From Klebsormidium nitens (lineage: Eukaryota > Plantae > Klebsormidiophyceae), in contig DF236991.1 in NCBI GenBank assembly GCA_000708835.1, positions 186,001-250,000 of the forward strand: a DNA stretch of 64,000 nucleotides, given 5' to 3'. How positions within the stretch are numbered: position 1 is the stretch's first letter; each line of letters begins with the position of its first letter. The translations under genes and the position numbers were made by a program. The notes under the pieces were generated by a model. It was not told where the DNA came from. It made no database searches and saw only the letters and a list, made by a program, of their open reading frames with translations. Shown piece after piece: positions 37,401-50,071 of this stretch.

Positions 37401-40400
37401 GAGACGAGTCTGGTTGCTACGGAAGAGACAGAAGCAGCGGCGAGTTAAGGAACTGGTCAGACAACGGTTTTAGCAATAAGTCAAGCAACGGGTTAGATCG
37501 GTTGACCAACGGGTTATGCAACGTCCAAGGAAACAATGCATCTGGCAGCCCGCCAAGCAACGGACCCATCGGCAGCACTTCTGCTACGCAGTCCGCATCT
37601 TCGTTCGAGACTGCTGACGTCAGCTCGGGCCGACCAGGGCGCCCTGCTGACATGGCAGTTCTCTTTTCGGGCGGGCTAGACTCCATGATTCTGGCGGCGC
37701 TGGTCGGTAGACACGTCACCGAAGGGGCGACCATCGACCTGATCAACGTGTGTTTCGATGGGGGGACGTCGCCGGACCGGCTGTCGGCGATTGCGGGCTT
37801 AAAGGAATTGAAGACGCTCTTTCCTGGTCGAAGGTGAGGGACGAGCAAGTCTTGGTGAGGGAAAGGAACTATAACTGAGGTTCTGAACGAGAAGGTTTTG
37901 GATTCCTTAAAACAGAAGCAAAAAGAATGTGCGAAAAAGTCCCCGAAGGAAATTCGAATCGTGCTCTCGCTCCGAAATGTGCGACTTTTGAGAGCCCGTT
38001 GACCCGTTTCCAGTTTGTTTCTCGCTTCGTTGGCCTTCTCACCCTTGCGTAACTCTATCCTTCTCGTTTTGCTATTCCGTAAACCATCTGCACCGCTCGC
38101 ACCTCGCGAACGTCATTTGCCCCGTTCCAGTCCTACTTTCTCAGTATTCCAGGTTAGATTCTCCTCTCCGTGCAGAGATTCAATATTCATCTATGTGCGA
38201 CATGAGTGAACCTACAACTTGGAACACCTTTGACAGTCGACTCGTCTATCTTGAAAAATTGAATCGCAAAGTCCCCGCCTTCTCACCCTGAACCACCCCT
38301 CCTAATTTTACACGGGCCTTCTACTGGCTCGCTTTTGCGTCAGTGCCTTCAAGTGTTCCAAAGCCTTCTCCCTGCGATTTTGTAAACGTTATTGTGGATC
38401 TCCTGTGACAAGTAGCGGATTGAGGTGATCTCGTCCCTCGCAGAAGTCGGACCGTCCACGTCTTCTGGTCCTAATCGGCCCCTCCACACCTACACGTAAC
38501 TGTTTCCCTCACTGCCTTCCCAATCTTCAATCAAAGTCTCTTCTGCAAGTTTGGTGAGATCTGACTCCAATTCATCGTGACAGGTGGCGGCTGATCCGCG
38601 TCGACTCGTCCCTAGCAGAAGTCGACTTGCACCGCCCACGTCTTCTTTCGCTAATCTGCCCCTCCCAAACCTACATGGACCTCAATATCGGCGCCGCGCT
38701 CTGGCTCGCCGCACGCGGCCGCGGCTTCGTCGCGGTAGAAGCCGCTTCAGAGTCTGATTGTAAACGTTTGCAATCATCGAACAGTTTGGACGAGCAATTG
38801 GACTGTGCGGAGCGCGCTCAACCCAGGACTTCGGACGGTCGGAGCAGTAACCTGCAAGGTGCGGAACCGTCAAACAGGTTAGAATCCAGAGAAGAGACTC
38901 GAATTGGTCCAGAGTGCACCGTATTAAGAGCAGCGGAAGGTCAAAGCAGAAAAGCAGAGAGCCAATCTGACGGGGCGGAAGACAGTGGTGACCGACGAGC
39001 GGATGATTGGCGGCATATCGAAGCTGGGCAGTTGAGGAGGTCGCATGGGCGACGGTCGGGTGGTGAGGACGGCTGTGACATCGGACGGTCGGACGATCCT
39101 CATCGGACGGCTGAAAATCCGTACACGAGTTCCGCGCGCGTGTTGCTGGTGGGCAGTGGGGCCGACGAGCAGTGTGCCGGGTACGGCCGGCATCGCACCA
39201 AGTTTCGGGAAGGAGGGTAAGGACATCTGAAACGCTTCCAGGACGAAGGACCTTGTTTTGGAGCGAGAGTGAGAGCAGATCTCGTTTGAACGTGCAGAAA
39301 CCAAGTTTGGAGACGTTGATTAGTTTTGGAAGATTGCCGGAAGCTAAAAACGTACGTCGTCAAACATTTCGAATCCTGTTCAAGCTTGGAGCTTGTTTGA
39401 CTTTCTTCAGCCCACGCCAGTTGCGTTTTCCTCTTTCTCCCTGCTTCCGTCTCATCAGCTTTGTGGTTCCCCTTGGAAGACGAGCTTTTCCGAGAGCTTC
39501 GCGGGGCGGAAGCCTTGAAGGGTCCTTCTTTGGTCATTATGAAAGCATCCTGTTCGTTTTTGCTGCTGCATCCTTTTGGTTGCTTTGCGGTCTCTAAACC
39601 GTCCGAACCCTAGAATCGGCTCAAGGGTCCGGCTTCGCTTGCCTCTCTATTGATCTTTCTATTCGCATCTAACAGCGGTTTGTCCCGTTCTCAAGTGCGT
39701 TCGCTTTGGAATGATCCTCAGAATCTCGGTTGGTTATCTTCCCAACTTTTCTCGCCTTAAGGGGACTAAGGCGCTTCATGATCAATCGCGTAAAAGTACC
39801 AAGTCCAAGTCCTGAATAACCCGAGTTATGCTTGACAGGTGGCAGCGTTTGGATGCCGAGATGCGCTTAGACGTCCTGCGGCTGTGGCAGCGTAACCTCG
39901 GGCGGGACGACCGGTGCATAGCTGACCACGGGAAGGAGGTACTAAACCCTTTTTGAGTTTCGCGTTCAAAGTCAGGGTTTCGGTTGGGGACGCTATGGCT
40001 GAAGACACGGGTTTCTGTTGAGGAGTTCGTTCCAGTTGTTGACTAGATGGTTCATGTTATGCGAACAACGAATATTTTCGAATGGAAAGAACACGATGAA
40101 GACAATAAACAGTCTGGAAAGAGAAGTGCTCATTGTTGAGAAGCCCGGCTTTCTTTTTTGAGGCAGACAAAGATGGCGCTTTCTTCCTCAGCGCCTTCAT
40201 GGACTGCTTTTCATTCCGATGGTCTGGAAGTGTGAGACCGAAAAGTGAAGCGGGAATCAGAAAAACCGTCGCAAGCAGCCACGATGCTGTCGCTGCAAGC
40301 GCAATGAATCAAGACGTCTTGCGTGAGAGGACAATGTCGTTTTGACACATTTTCTTCTCATCTTTCGTGGGGCTCCTCTCTTTCTCGCCCCTTGTCTTCA

Positions 40401-42607
40401 CCTTTCACTTGTCGATCTCGTGCGTTTCCCTCGACCAATTGCCCGACCACACCTTAGCATTCTCAGATCTGAATCATTGATACAGTCTGTTCGCAGGCGC
40501 AATAAACTCTCCTCAAATCTGCGTCACTTCTCCTCGGTTTAGAGATCCGCATAGACGTTCATAGCTTCCAATGTAAGACCGGTCAGAACCACATACGAAT
40601 AAACTCAACTCCGAACAATTGTCATAGTTGCCGACGCCTTTGCCAACCCGCTTTCCGGTTCCGTTGCAGACCCGCTTTTCGTTCCTCGACAAGAACGTAA
40701 TGTCACTCCTCATCTTCCTCCCCTTTAAATTTGTAGTGGATCTTCGACAACCGTCCGTTGCAGGCCCGCTTTTTGTTTCCGTTCTAGGCCCGCTTTCTGT
40801 TCCGTTGCAGGCCCGCTTTCCGCTTCGTTTCAGGCCCCCTTCCCCTCCCTCCGCTGCCTCTCTGAATCGTCCCGTACCTTCAGCAGCCTTCCATTGTAGG
40901 CCTGCTTTTCTTTTCCGTTCCAGGCCCGCTTTCCGGTCCGTTGCAGACCCCCATTCCGTTTCCATTGCAGGCCCGCTTCCCGTTCCTCGACGAGGACGTG
41001 ATGTCGCTCCTCCTCTTGCTCCTTACACCCTTTGGATCGTGGCGGGACTTCGCCAGCCGTTCATCGCAGGCCTGGTTTCCAGTTCTGTTGCATACTCATG
41101 TTCCGTTTTCGTTGCAGGCCCGCTTTCCGTTTCTCGACGAGGACGTGATGTCGCTCCTTCTCTCGCTATCCCCCTGGATCGTAGCGGACCTTAGGCAATC
41201 TTCCGCTGCAGGCCCGCTTTCCGCTCGATCACAGACCCCCACCCCGCTTCCGTTGCAGCCCTGCTTTCCGTTCCTCGACGAGGGCGTGATGTCACCCCTC
41301 CTCTTGCTTCCCCTTTGGATCGTAGCGGACCTTCGCCAGCTCGTCCGTTGCTGGTCCATTTTTTCATTTTCGTCGCAGACCCCTTTCCGTCTCCATTACA
41401 GATTTGCTTTCCATTTTCGCTGCAGGCCCGCTTTCCGTTCCTCGACGAGGACGTGATGTCGCTCCTCCTTTCGCTCCCCCTTTGGACCGTAGCGGACCCT
41501 CGCCTGCCGTCCGGGGTAGGCGACAAGAAGCTGCTTCGAGCAGTCGCCCGACGTTTGGGCATCAGGGCTGCCGCCGCGCTTCCCAAACGGGCAATACAGG
41601 TATGACTTTCGAAAGGGCGCGACTTACGTCAACGCAGACTGAAGAAGTCCTTCGAAGATTCTGTTTTGCGGAATCTTGACGTAGATACCGTAAAAGCTCA
41701 TTCGAGCGGTGCCGCGCCGGTTCGGTATCAGGGCCGCTGCAAGGCTTTTCATCGAATGGGCGATACAGGTAACCTCGTAGAAGACCAGATTGCACGAACG
41801 TGAAGGTATCTGATTACCGTTCGGTGAGGCTTTTGGTAGCAGAAAGCTGTCTCCGACGGCTGGGTATCCGAGTTGCCGCGGCGCTTCGCAAGCGGACAGT
41901 ACAGGTAGGCCCTTCAGACGCGCCAGTTCGCACACCCGCTTACGGAGTCTTGTTCCATTTTCATCGACGGGAAGACGGTCAGGCGGTACCCCGCCGGCTG
42001 AAGATTCACACTGCCCAAAATGTAAAAGTTGTCTTGCACGTATCGGTTTGAAGAACTTTAGAAGCAGATAGCAGCGAAGTGACTAAGTAGGCAATCAAGC
42101 GAAGGCCGATGGGCTGTTGCTTGTCCCCCGTGGTGCTCCACCGGTGGGCATCGTAAGTAAAATGGACGAACGTGCTACGTTTTGCTTGGAGAGAAGTGGG
42201 GAGAGAAGTGGGGTGAGAGAGTCGGGTTTGCATGGGTGAGGTGGCCTGGGAAGGCTCGCAACGGGCCTCGAAGGTCATAACAAAGAAGCGATGAGTCGGT
42301 TGGCTTCCGCAGATATACCGCCCTGTTGTTCATGGCCTCAATGCGAGGGGCGTATTTGTTCGCGTAGTATATATGTGCAGGCTGCTTCACGTGCGGATCT
42401 TGTCATTCGCGATTTCACATGGAAGATCATGAAGAATTGAACTCGAATGAGCTTCAGCTTGAACTCATATGAACGGCTCTTATACAGTTCGGGAGCCGCA
42501 TCGCCAGGGCTTCGAATCGGCGCGACTTCGGGAGCAACCGGGCTGCTAACGCGTCAGCAGCCGGAGGCGTTAGCTTCCGCAAAGACCGATCTGCGGACCC
42601 TACTTGA
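34451..42607 (+). CDS. ASNSD1: Asparagine synthetase domain-containing protein 1 homolog (Ntn glutamine amidotransferase plus Asn-synthase domain), about 1096 aa, 7 exons
   Basis: Exons 34451-34642 (MCGIAF), 35296-35536 (LQRRGPD..LQLRG..QPLED..NVLVFNG), 36003-37833 (EIFGG..LRGPWALAYW..WYGRDFVGRRSL..AVLFSGGLDSMILAAL..IDLINVCFDG..SPDR), 38584-39216 (MDLNIGAALWLAARG..VLLVGSGADEQCAGYGRHR), 39839-39938 (RNLGRDDRCIADHGKE), 41426-41599 (ARFPFLDE..GDKKLLR..LPKRAIQ) and 42488-42607 (FGSRIAR..FGSNRAAN). All phase-consistent. Confidence 0.95.
40655..41500 (+). repeat. Array of echoes of the ASNSD1 exon-6 acceptor plus 5' exon
   Basis: ttgcag|gcccgctttccgttcctcgacgaggacgtgatgtcgctcct with AG ending at 40669, 40970, 41117, 41258 and 41425 (true), plus several short gcaggcccgcttt fragments at 40755-40945 and 41205. 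Confidence 0.95.
41715..41912 (+). repeat. Two degenerate echoes of the ASNSD1 exon-6 3' end plus donor
   Basis: ggtatcagggccgctgc...gggcgatacag|gtaacc (about 41725-41775) and gggtatccgagttgccgcggcgcttcgcaagcggacagtacag|gtaggc (about 41860-41912) versus true ggcatcagggctgccgccgcgcttcccaaacgggcaatacag|gtatga. Confidence 0.8.
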
Positions 42608-43760
42608 TACACAATTCGGCCCGCATCAGCGTGTCCTTTACTTTCGACCGACTTCCATTTGCAGTATTCTTTCCGCATTGGGCGGCATGGGTGATGGCAG
42701 ACTCGTCTCAAGTGTCCAATCCGATTGGGTGATTACGTTGGGTCCCTGACTCAATGACTGACTCAATGACTGCCAGTTCAAAGATGAATGATTTTGAAAT
42801 CAAATGAGTTCACGCAATCGAGAACCATGGAAGAGCAGACTCTGTTGGACCGGACAACTTCGACTGCATTTGATCTCGCGCTCATGCAAGCCCATGTGCA
42901 CGTTTGAGATATTTCAGTTTGTACGGTCCACAAACTGTCCTGCCGTTCGGTTGTGCAAGCGCCGGTGACATGTTAAATGTTACATTTTGTACGTGAACGT
43001 CGCTCTGTACACGTTCGATGCTGCATGATTGTATAACCATGCCACCAACTAGCTCATGCAGTGGCCGCCCGGCCTAGCTACCTGCTATATCAATCCGTCT
43101 GCCCGGGCGGTATAACATCATGCAGGCCAAGTAGCTAGCTGAGCCGGGTACGTTAAGTCAAGTTCGCTTATTAAATTATAGCCTATATATGGCTTCAAGT
43201 GACTGCGCCTCATTCAATGCGAACACGGCATGCAGTTTAAATGCGCGGCATGCCACAGGTGGAGTCAATATTCATGGTACTTACTTCAAAAGCGCGGCCG
43301 ATTGCCAAGTATTTGCCTTTCGCATGGCGTGCTGACGAAGTCGTCACGTACGTCGGAATGATACGCCAACGCAGGCCGGGCAAGACGCCAATCAGAGCCC
43401 GGCCGCAACTATTCACACCTCGCCCGGACAGGAACTTCGGAACAAGCGAAAACAACTTGAAGTTGAGCGGAGGTAAAACGCGAGCTAGTAAGCAAATTTT
43501 TGTCATACTCGGAGGCTCAACTGTCAACGAGTACAATTGGTCTACCTTAACACATTTGGCCTTTATGGTTTTCAAGCAAAGCTCAGCAATGGTGATTACT
43601 GTTAGTATATTACATCGGTGGCTGCTTCGCAGTCAACCATGCATGGCCTTTGTTTTAATATCCCATCGAGTGCATGTGGCACAAGCAGATACGCTCAGCT
43701 TACATACAATTTGTAACTTAACCTATCAAAAACGGCAGTCTATGCATAGTTACACAACGG

Positions 43761-46700
43761 TCAATGCTTGCCCGCATTTTGTGAACTCTTGTCAAAGCCC
43801 GTGAGCATCGCGTGCAGGTTATTACCCGCCCCCGCCTGCAAAAACTCGGCCATGGCCTCCAGTATCTCCAATTTGGAGTAGTATAAGCTATGGCGCACCT
43901 CTACTTGGCCGGTGATCTCCTTTTGCCTCTCCTCCAGCATCTGCGCAATGAGCAAAAGCTCTTGCATCTCCGACTCCTCCAACCCGTCAAAACACCCCGC
44001 TTTTAGTAGCGTTCCAGTCACCGAGTTATCCGAGTTGAGCCCCGGTTGCCCAGTACCAGCTTCTCCAAGCGAACCAGCCGGCGCCAACCGCTGAGGCTCC
44101 AGCAAGAAATCGAAGCGGGGCTCTTTTTGGCTCGGAGTCCCGAACGCCGTGTCGTTGTTCAGAATCAAGTTGTGCACGTTCCAGTGCACGACCGGGGTTT
44201 TCCCCTCGGGGGGTCGGTTCCCCTCCAGGACAGACCCCCCGGGCACTTTCTCCACCAGCTGCTCCAGTTTCAACGTCTCGGAGACGGTCACCTGGGCAGA
44301 GGACACGCCCTTCTCGGCGCTTCCGGTGCCCAACACCACGTGTACCAAAACCTTTTGGAGGCCGCTTATTAAAAACCGCTTCGCCACGTAGACCACGGGT
44401 AGCAGCACGAGGCGCAGGAGGAATGAGACGATCGCGATCCAGATCGTCAAGACCATGATCTCAAGATTGAAGATGAGCGCTTTGTGCTTTGCGCTTTGCG
44501 CTTTGCGCTTGTGAGGGAGGCAGCAGTTCGTCGGGACCGGCACGTCGCGGAGCCTGGTCGCCCGGCGGATGTCGGCCGGGAGGCTCTTCCAGGGCTGCAG
44601 ATTGAAGCTCTGGGCGACCTCGGGAACGATGTACGCACGAACCTAACAAACAAACAAAAACGTGGTTAGTGCTTAACCGTATTGTTTACCAAAATACCAG
44701 CGAGTTACCGGTGCACTCCGATTGAGATGGAGACTATTCCAGGGTTGAAATTTGAAGCTCTGGGCGACCTCGGAATGATGTATGCACGCACTTGGAGAGA
44801 ACGCGCTAGAGTGGTCAATACTCGACCAGGTTCCAAAACGCAATGTTAGCGAGTTATCAATTATTTCGGTCGTCGAGATGGATAGCTTCTAGAGTTGCAA
44901 GTTGAATCTCCGGGCACGCACGTTGCAAGAGAGAAAAAATCTAGGTTAGGCTTAACCGGAGCTCTTTACGACAATGTTTTCCAAGTTGACGCTTCATCCT
45001 GATGAAACGGAAGCTTTTCAAGGGGTACGAGTTGGAGCTTAGGCGACCCCAAACCATGTAGGCCCGCGTATGAAGCGAAAGAGTACGAAGGCGTTCAGTG
45101 GTTAACATAGACCAGGCCCAAGTGGCTATTGCTCGTTGTGAAGTACCAGAATCCCATGAAGAACACCGAGAGGCGAAGAGGAGAGCCCCTTGCTTTGCTC
45201 GCTGCCTTGAATAGGACTTGCTTCTGAAACCGTATGTCTTTGTCTTTGTGCGGTCGTTGATAAACTACTCTTCATGAGAGCAGATATTCTCAGAACTCAG
45301 GAGGCTGAATTGATGAAGGAATCCGCTCTCAAAATGAAAGTAGGATACAGGTTCTGATCTTTCGCGTCAATCACGTGCGGCTTCAAGCTGTGTCGACCTA
45401 ACCCACAATTGATCGAGCTCACCAACATATAAGAAGCTGTTGGTAAAAGAACATGCTTCGAGGTTCCCCCGTCCTTTTCAAAAGGCCTTGTGAGAAGGGA
45501 AGGGCTCGTTTCCACGTCTGCTTTTCTGTTCAAATGTGTGACATGTGTGCAGTCAAGATGACAGCCGTCTCGATAAACAGGTCAGCCGCTAGGAGAGCCC
45601 GATGCAGAAAGAAGGAAAAAGAAAAGAGGTCTTGGTAGCAAGAAGCCCTAAAGAAACTTGGATGGCCGAACCAATTGGCAGGACTTGGAGCCTCACTGCT
45701 TCAAGAATCGGTAGTCCATACCACATGGATACTGTGAACCATTATTGAGATTTAACACCGATAGGAAAAGTTGAGTTTGCAGCAAGTCTGGCAACCTTCT
45801 CAAACCAGCCGCGCTTGCATAACATTTCCGTTTCCCAATCCGGAAAAGGAAAGAACGAGAATATTTCCCAGTTTGGGGAAAGGAAAGCACCAAAAGAAAC
45901 AAGAACGAAAAGGCATCAAACCTTACTAGCGGTGCCGTGCTCCGGAGGGCAAAGTTTGCTTCGTCCAAAATCCCGGAGTGGACAACGAGGACCGCCATTT
46001 CGGCAGACCACGGCTGCTTCGTCAAATGGTAGATGTTTCCGGCAACATGCGCATCAGGGCGGTGCGGTTTGAGCGGGTCAATCTTCCCCTGCGAAAGAGA
46101 GAAGAGTCTCTTTTTGTTCTTTGCCTTCTCTAGCTGCCAGATGGTGATTGTTTCTGAGCACTGTGGGAATCTTTTTCATTTTGATGTTTTCCGTCTCTCG
46201 TAGTCAGATGGTAAATGTTCCGGCCAGTGTGCACTGGGCCGATGAGGTTTGAGCGGGTCAATCTTTCCCTGTGAAAAAATACCTTCTCAGTTTTGATGTT
46301 CCCGCCTCTAGTTGCCAGATGATGAATGTTTCCCGCAACGTGCCTGTTGGGCCGTTGAGGTTTGAGCGGAAAGGTCTTCCCCTGCAAAGAAGAATCTTCT
46401 TAGTCCTGATGTTTCCACCTCTAGTTGTCAGATGGTATGTTTCTTGGCGTGTGGGCCGGTGAGGTTTGAGTGGGTCAATCTTCCCCTGCAAAAGGAGAAG
46501 CTACTTCGTTCCGATTCTTCTCCTTTTCTAGTTGTCATATGATAGATACTTTCTGGGGTGCGCGCGGTGGGCCGGTGAAATGTGAGTGGGTCAATCTTCC
46601 CGTGCAGAAGATGAAGCTTTTCATTCTGATGTTTGCATTCTTTAGTAGTGTGCGTGGCATTGGTCGTTATAGCATCAGCATATAGAGAAGGATTCTCATG

Positions 46701-48218
46701 CACAAAGAGTTCCTTTCCAATCTGGACCGGTAAACAAGGACAATACAGGTCCAACTTTGATAAGCGCAGCTACCAAGCAGTAGAATTTCCTCCCTCTTTG
46801 TGACTCTGGCAATGCTTAAAAAGCACTGGCTTGGCAAACCGGGCAAGATTGGGCAAGATTTCATTCTCAAGGGCCTGCCAGCACTTCAGAGACGCGCTTC
46901 GTCTCGTTTCCTCTCATGTTTCATATCAAAAGGATCCTTCTGCTATGGGTTATTTTGCAGATAATTGGCTTACCAGACCTTAGAAGTGCCCCTTTGACAA
47001 AATATTCCAACCGCTCGGATCAGAAGCGGTCTCTGACACTTCTCAGAGCTTTCCGCTCAGAACAAGTCTGCATCGTGCTTTCTGGACTCCCGCAGCTCCT
47101 AAAACCAGAAAAAGACATCCCAGGTAGCTGCGCTGTCTGAAGAGCTTCTGGAACATTGTCCCCTTTCTGCACTCAACTCTCATTCTCCGTGTAATTTGAC
47201 AACAAATCCTCCAGCACAACAATGTATTAACAATGCTAAGTTGACACACGGTGCAAGTTCGGAAGCTTACCCGGAACATGTCCAGATAGATGGCCATGCA
47301 GAACCCGAGGACAACACAGACGTTGCCGACAATGTGCCACGCTCTGCTCCCGTTCCAGCCATTAATGCTGAGACTGATCCCCCAACTCGTCAAAATGGTC
47401 GCGGCAAACCAGAGCGCCGCGATTGTAGCTTCCGGGTTCGGCGTCTCGCGTTTGGTCAGGAAGGGGGTTCCAAGGAAGACCAACCGCCCCAGGGGGTTTG
47501 CATCGGAGAGAGACGGGTAGTGCATTCGCACAAGATCGTCCTGGTCGAGGGGGCTCGGTTGCTCCGCCAGTTCACCCCCAAACCGTTCCACAAACTCGGC
47601 AACAACGCCCGTTTTCGGACCGTCCGATATCGCCGCCATGCGGTTTGCCGCCGCCGTGCGAGAGCTGCGGCATAGCCGCTTCCAACAGGAGGGCTTTTGC
47701 ACACCACCGAAGATATGCTCAACGCCCTCCTCCCCGATCTCGCCGAGAACAATCTCAACCGCACGCAGCACGACGTTTCCCCCGTGGCTGTGCGCGATCA
47801 GATGCACGAGCGCCCCTGGCTGCGCTTTTCTGATTTTCATAATCCTTTCCGCCAGCTTCTGCGCGCCTTCCTCTCGGCTCGCATCCGAGTTTTTCGCCTC
47901 CCAAAAGAAGGGCTCTGTAATTCCCTCAATCTCGGGATCGGAGATGTCCCCCCAGACCGCGTCCCCAGGGATCCCTCCCCGCCCTTGCAAAACACTCCTC
48001 TCCAGCGCTTCTGTCAGCTTCTCGCAGAATGGGAGCCCGCTTCTCGTAGCTCCTCCGGGCGCCCACCATTTCTGATGGAGGTCAAGAAACTCCCCTCCAG
48101 GCCCCTGTTTTGGCGCATTGAACGTTCCGTGGATGACGAGCACGTAGTGCTTGCGCTTTGGGGGGGGCGCTTCGACATCGGGTGTCTCATGGTTGGGTGG
48201 CTTGCCGGTCCAGTCCAT
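43761..48218 (-). CDS. Alpha/beta-hydrolase-fold membrane protein, paralog 1 (3 exons, about 663 aa)
   Basis: Exons 48218-47271, 46088-45927 and 44642-43761, all phase 0 and GT-AG. Motifs VLVIHGTF, FFW..KNSDASR, VHLIAHSHGGNVV (nucleophile elbow), LGRLVFLGTPF, hydrophobic helices, VHSGILDEANFAL, and a predicted C-terminal coiled coil. Exon 1 and 2 lengths are identical to paralog 2. Confidence 0.8.
46060..46625 (-). repeat. Echo array of the exon-2 acceptor in hydrolase paralog 1
   Basis: ggccg.tgaggtttgag.gggtcaatcttcccctgc at about 46060-46092 (true), 46240, 46350, 46455 and 46570. Confidence 0.9.
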
Positions 48219-50071
48219 AATGCAAGGGAAAATGCAGAGAAACCCTTTAGAACGTCATGTGAAGGACAGATGTGAGGCAGCTATGAGATTATCTTGCTGC
48301 GCAGAGAGTGCGGAAAGCTACGAGAACTGACTGGTGCGAACCGAGCTGATCGCACTTTCTCCAATGCCATCTAGCTTTTCTCTTTCCCTTCAGCTTCCTT
48401 TCAGCTGGACTGCTCAAAGCCCATGCATGCAGCGCAAAAAAGTGAATATGTAAGTTCATGCAAAACGCCCTGGGCCTCGACAGGCAGACTCTCTTGTCAA
48501 CCCGATCTAAGACTACTAGGTAGTACATGTACTATACGATGTAGTCTTGAGTGCTCAACGCGAGATCCTGATTGAATGACGGCAGTCGCCAGGGAGCAGG
48601 TCCATCGAAGGATCGGCAGCCAGTTGTTTAATCTAAACAAACCAGTCAGAGCTTCCTTCCGGGTGCCCGGAGATTGAACCGGTACGGCTCGTCCGGCAGT
48701 TCTGGCGACCAAGTCGTCCAATCTCCAGGTCCCTCGGCGCCTGCATTGCATGGCCATATGGGCCATGGCCAGGCCCATGCCCGGCCCATGCCAATGCCAA
48801 TGAGTCGATCACATGATGGTGCTTTGATGCTGGTGCCAGCTCGGTGCCAGCTTGAAGCCTAATAGCTAGGAAGGTGCCAGCCGTCTCTCGCCACTGGGGC
48901 GCCACTGTAGTCTTGCTTTTCTGCAGCTCATTCAGCTTTCTCAGTGACCCCTCAGTGATCTGCAGTGTTATCAGAGGAAACCCCTTGAATGCACAAGGGA
49001 GCACTTTATGCGTTGGCCTGTTTGGATCTGGGGCTTTGAACTCTTTGACATTAACGTGGAGGAATCCCGGAGGAATGCAGTGAGGTTGTTGCTGCCACGG
49101 TAGTAGTATTAGTACTCCGAGTTCTCGAGTTTGCACGATGCAGTGCCCATCGGACGTCCGTCAGTTGCAAGCGCCACGTGCTGGTGTTTTCTGTTGCAAA
49201 CTGTTGGTATCATCATCATGCTATCAGTACTACCATGCCCCCGGTGATTCCCATGATCCTAGACGGTCATTGCATGAGTGGCCGCCTATGGCCCGCTATC
49301 ATAGTATACAATCTGTCCAACGCGGCCGACACAGGAGTCACCGTCGGCTTTGAAGATCATCAAATTGCAGGCTGCCACCGGGTGATCGACTCGTCGGAAG
49401 CACATGCATTCGTGACTATAGCTACTTGCAATGCAAATGACTGCGCGCCAACCTTGAAACATGCATGCGCTATATATAGCGCCTATACAGTCTGAGTGGA
49501 TGATGCATGCATCCGTTGGCGTGCCGCGCGGCCCATGCATGCAAGGCGGCCATGCGCGCCTATTCAGTACTTGATAACGTGTACATACTCAGCATGAACT
49601 TAAGCGCGCGGACTGGGCTGGAACTTAATATTGGCGTTTGCATAACATCATTCAAGTTCCAAGCTTAGTGCAGACCCGTCACGACGGTTTTGCCACGGTT
49701 TTGCCACATGCTGCTTTGAGTGAGTGACTGCAAGCCGGTCAAAACGCCAATGGAATTCGCTCGACTGGCACCTCCCTCCGGAACAAGCGAGTTTGAAAAT
49801 GATCAGGTAACACTCCGTATATACGCGCTGTCAATGGTACAAACGGTTCTTAACACAATCTGCTTTCATGAATCTTAAGCAAAGCTTGAATAACAATGGA
49901 AGACGTTTATTACTACTATATTACGTCGGCGGCTGCTTCGCAGTCAACCATGCGCGACCTTTGCCTACTCAATCCCATCGAGTGTGGCACAAGCAGATAA
50001 GCTCAGCTTATGAACAATTCCTGACTTCCTCTATCAAAAACGGCGGTCTATGCAAAGTTACACCGTAGCGG

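Noticed and set aside
40941-41605. ORFs with repeated ARFPFLDEDVMSLLL as a separate repeat protein
   Set aside because: They are translations of the intronic echo array of ASNSD1 exon 6, with shifting frames.
42746-42775. Short direct repeats (tgactcaatgac x2; also 23540-23585, 49684-49706, 54853-54892, 60450-60486)
   Set aside because: Ordinary slippage-type microduplications with no further structure.
48633-49136. 167-aa ORF upstream of hydrolase paralog 1 as an extra exon or gene
   Set aside because: The corresponding region in unit 2 (54500-55050) is alignable but not open, and no phase-compatible splice into ATG 48218 was found.
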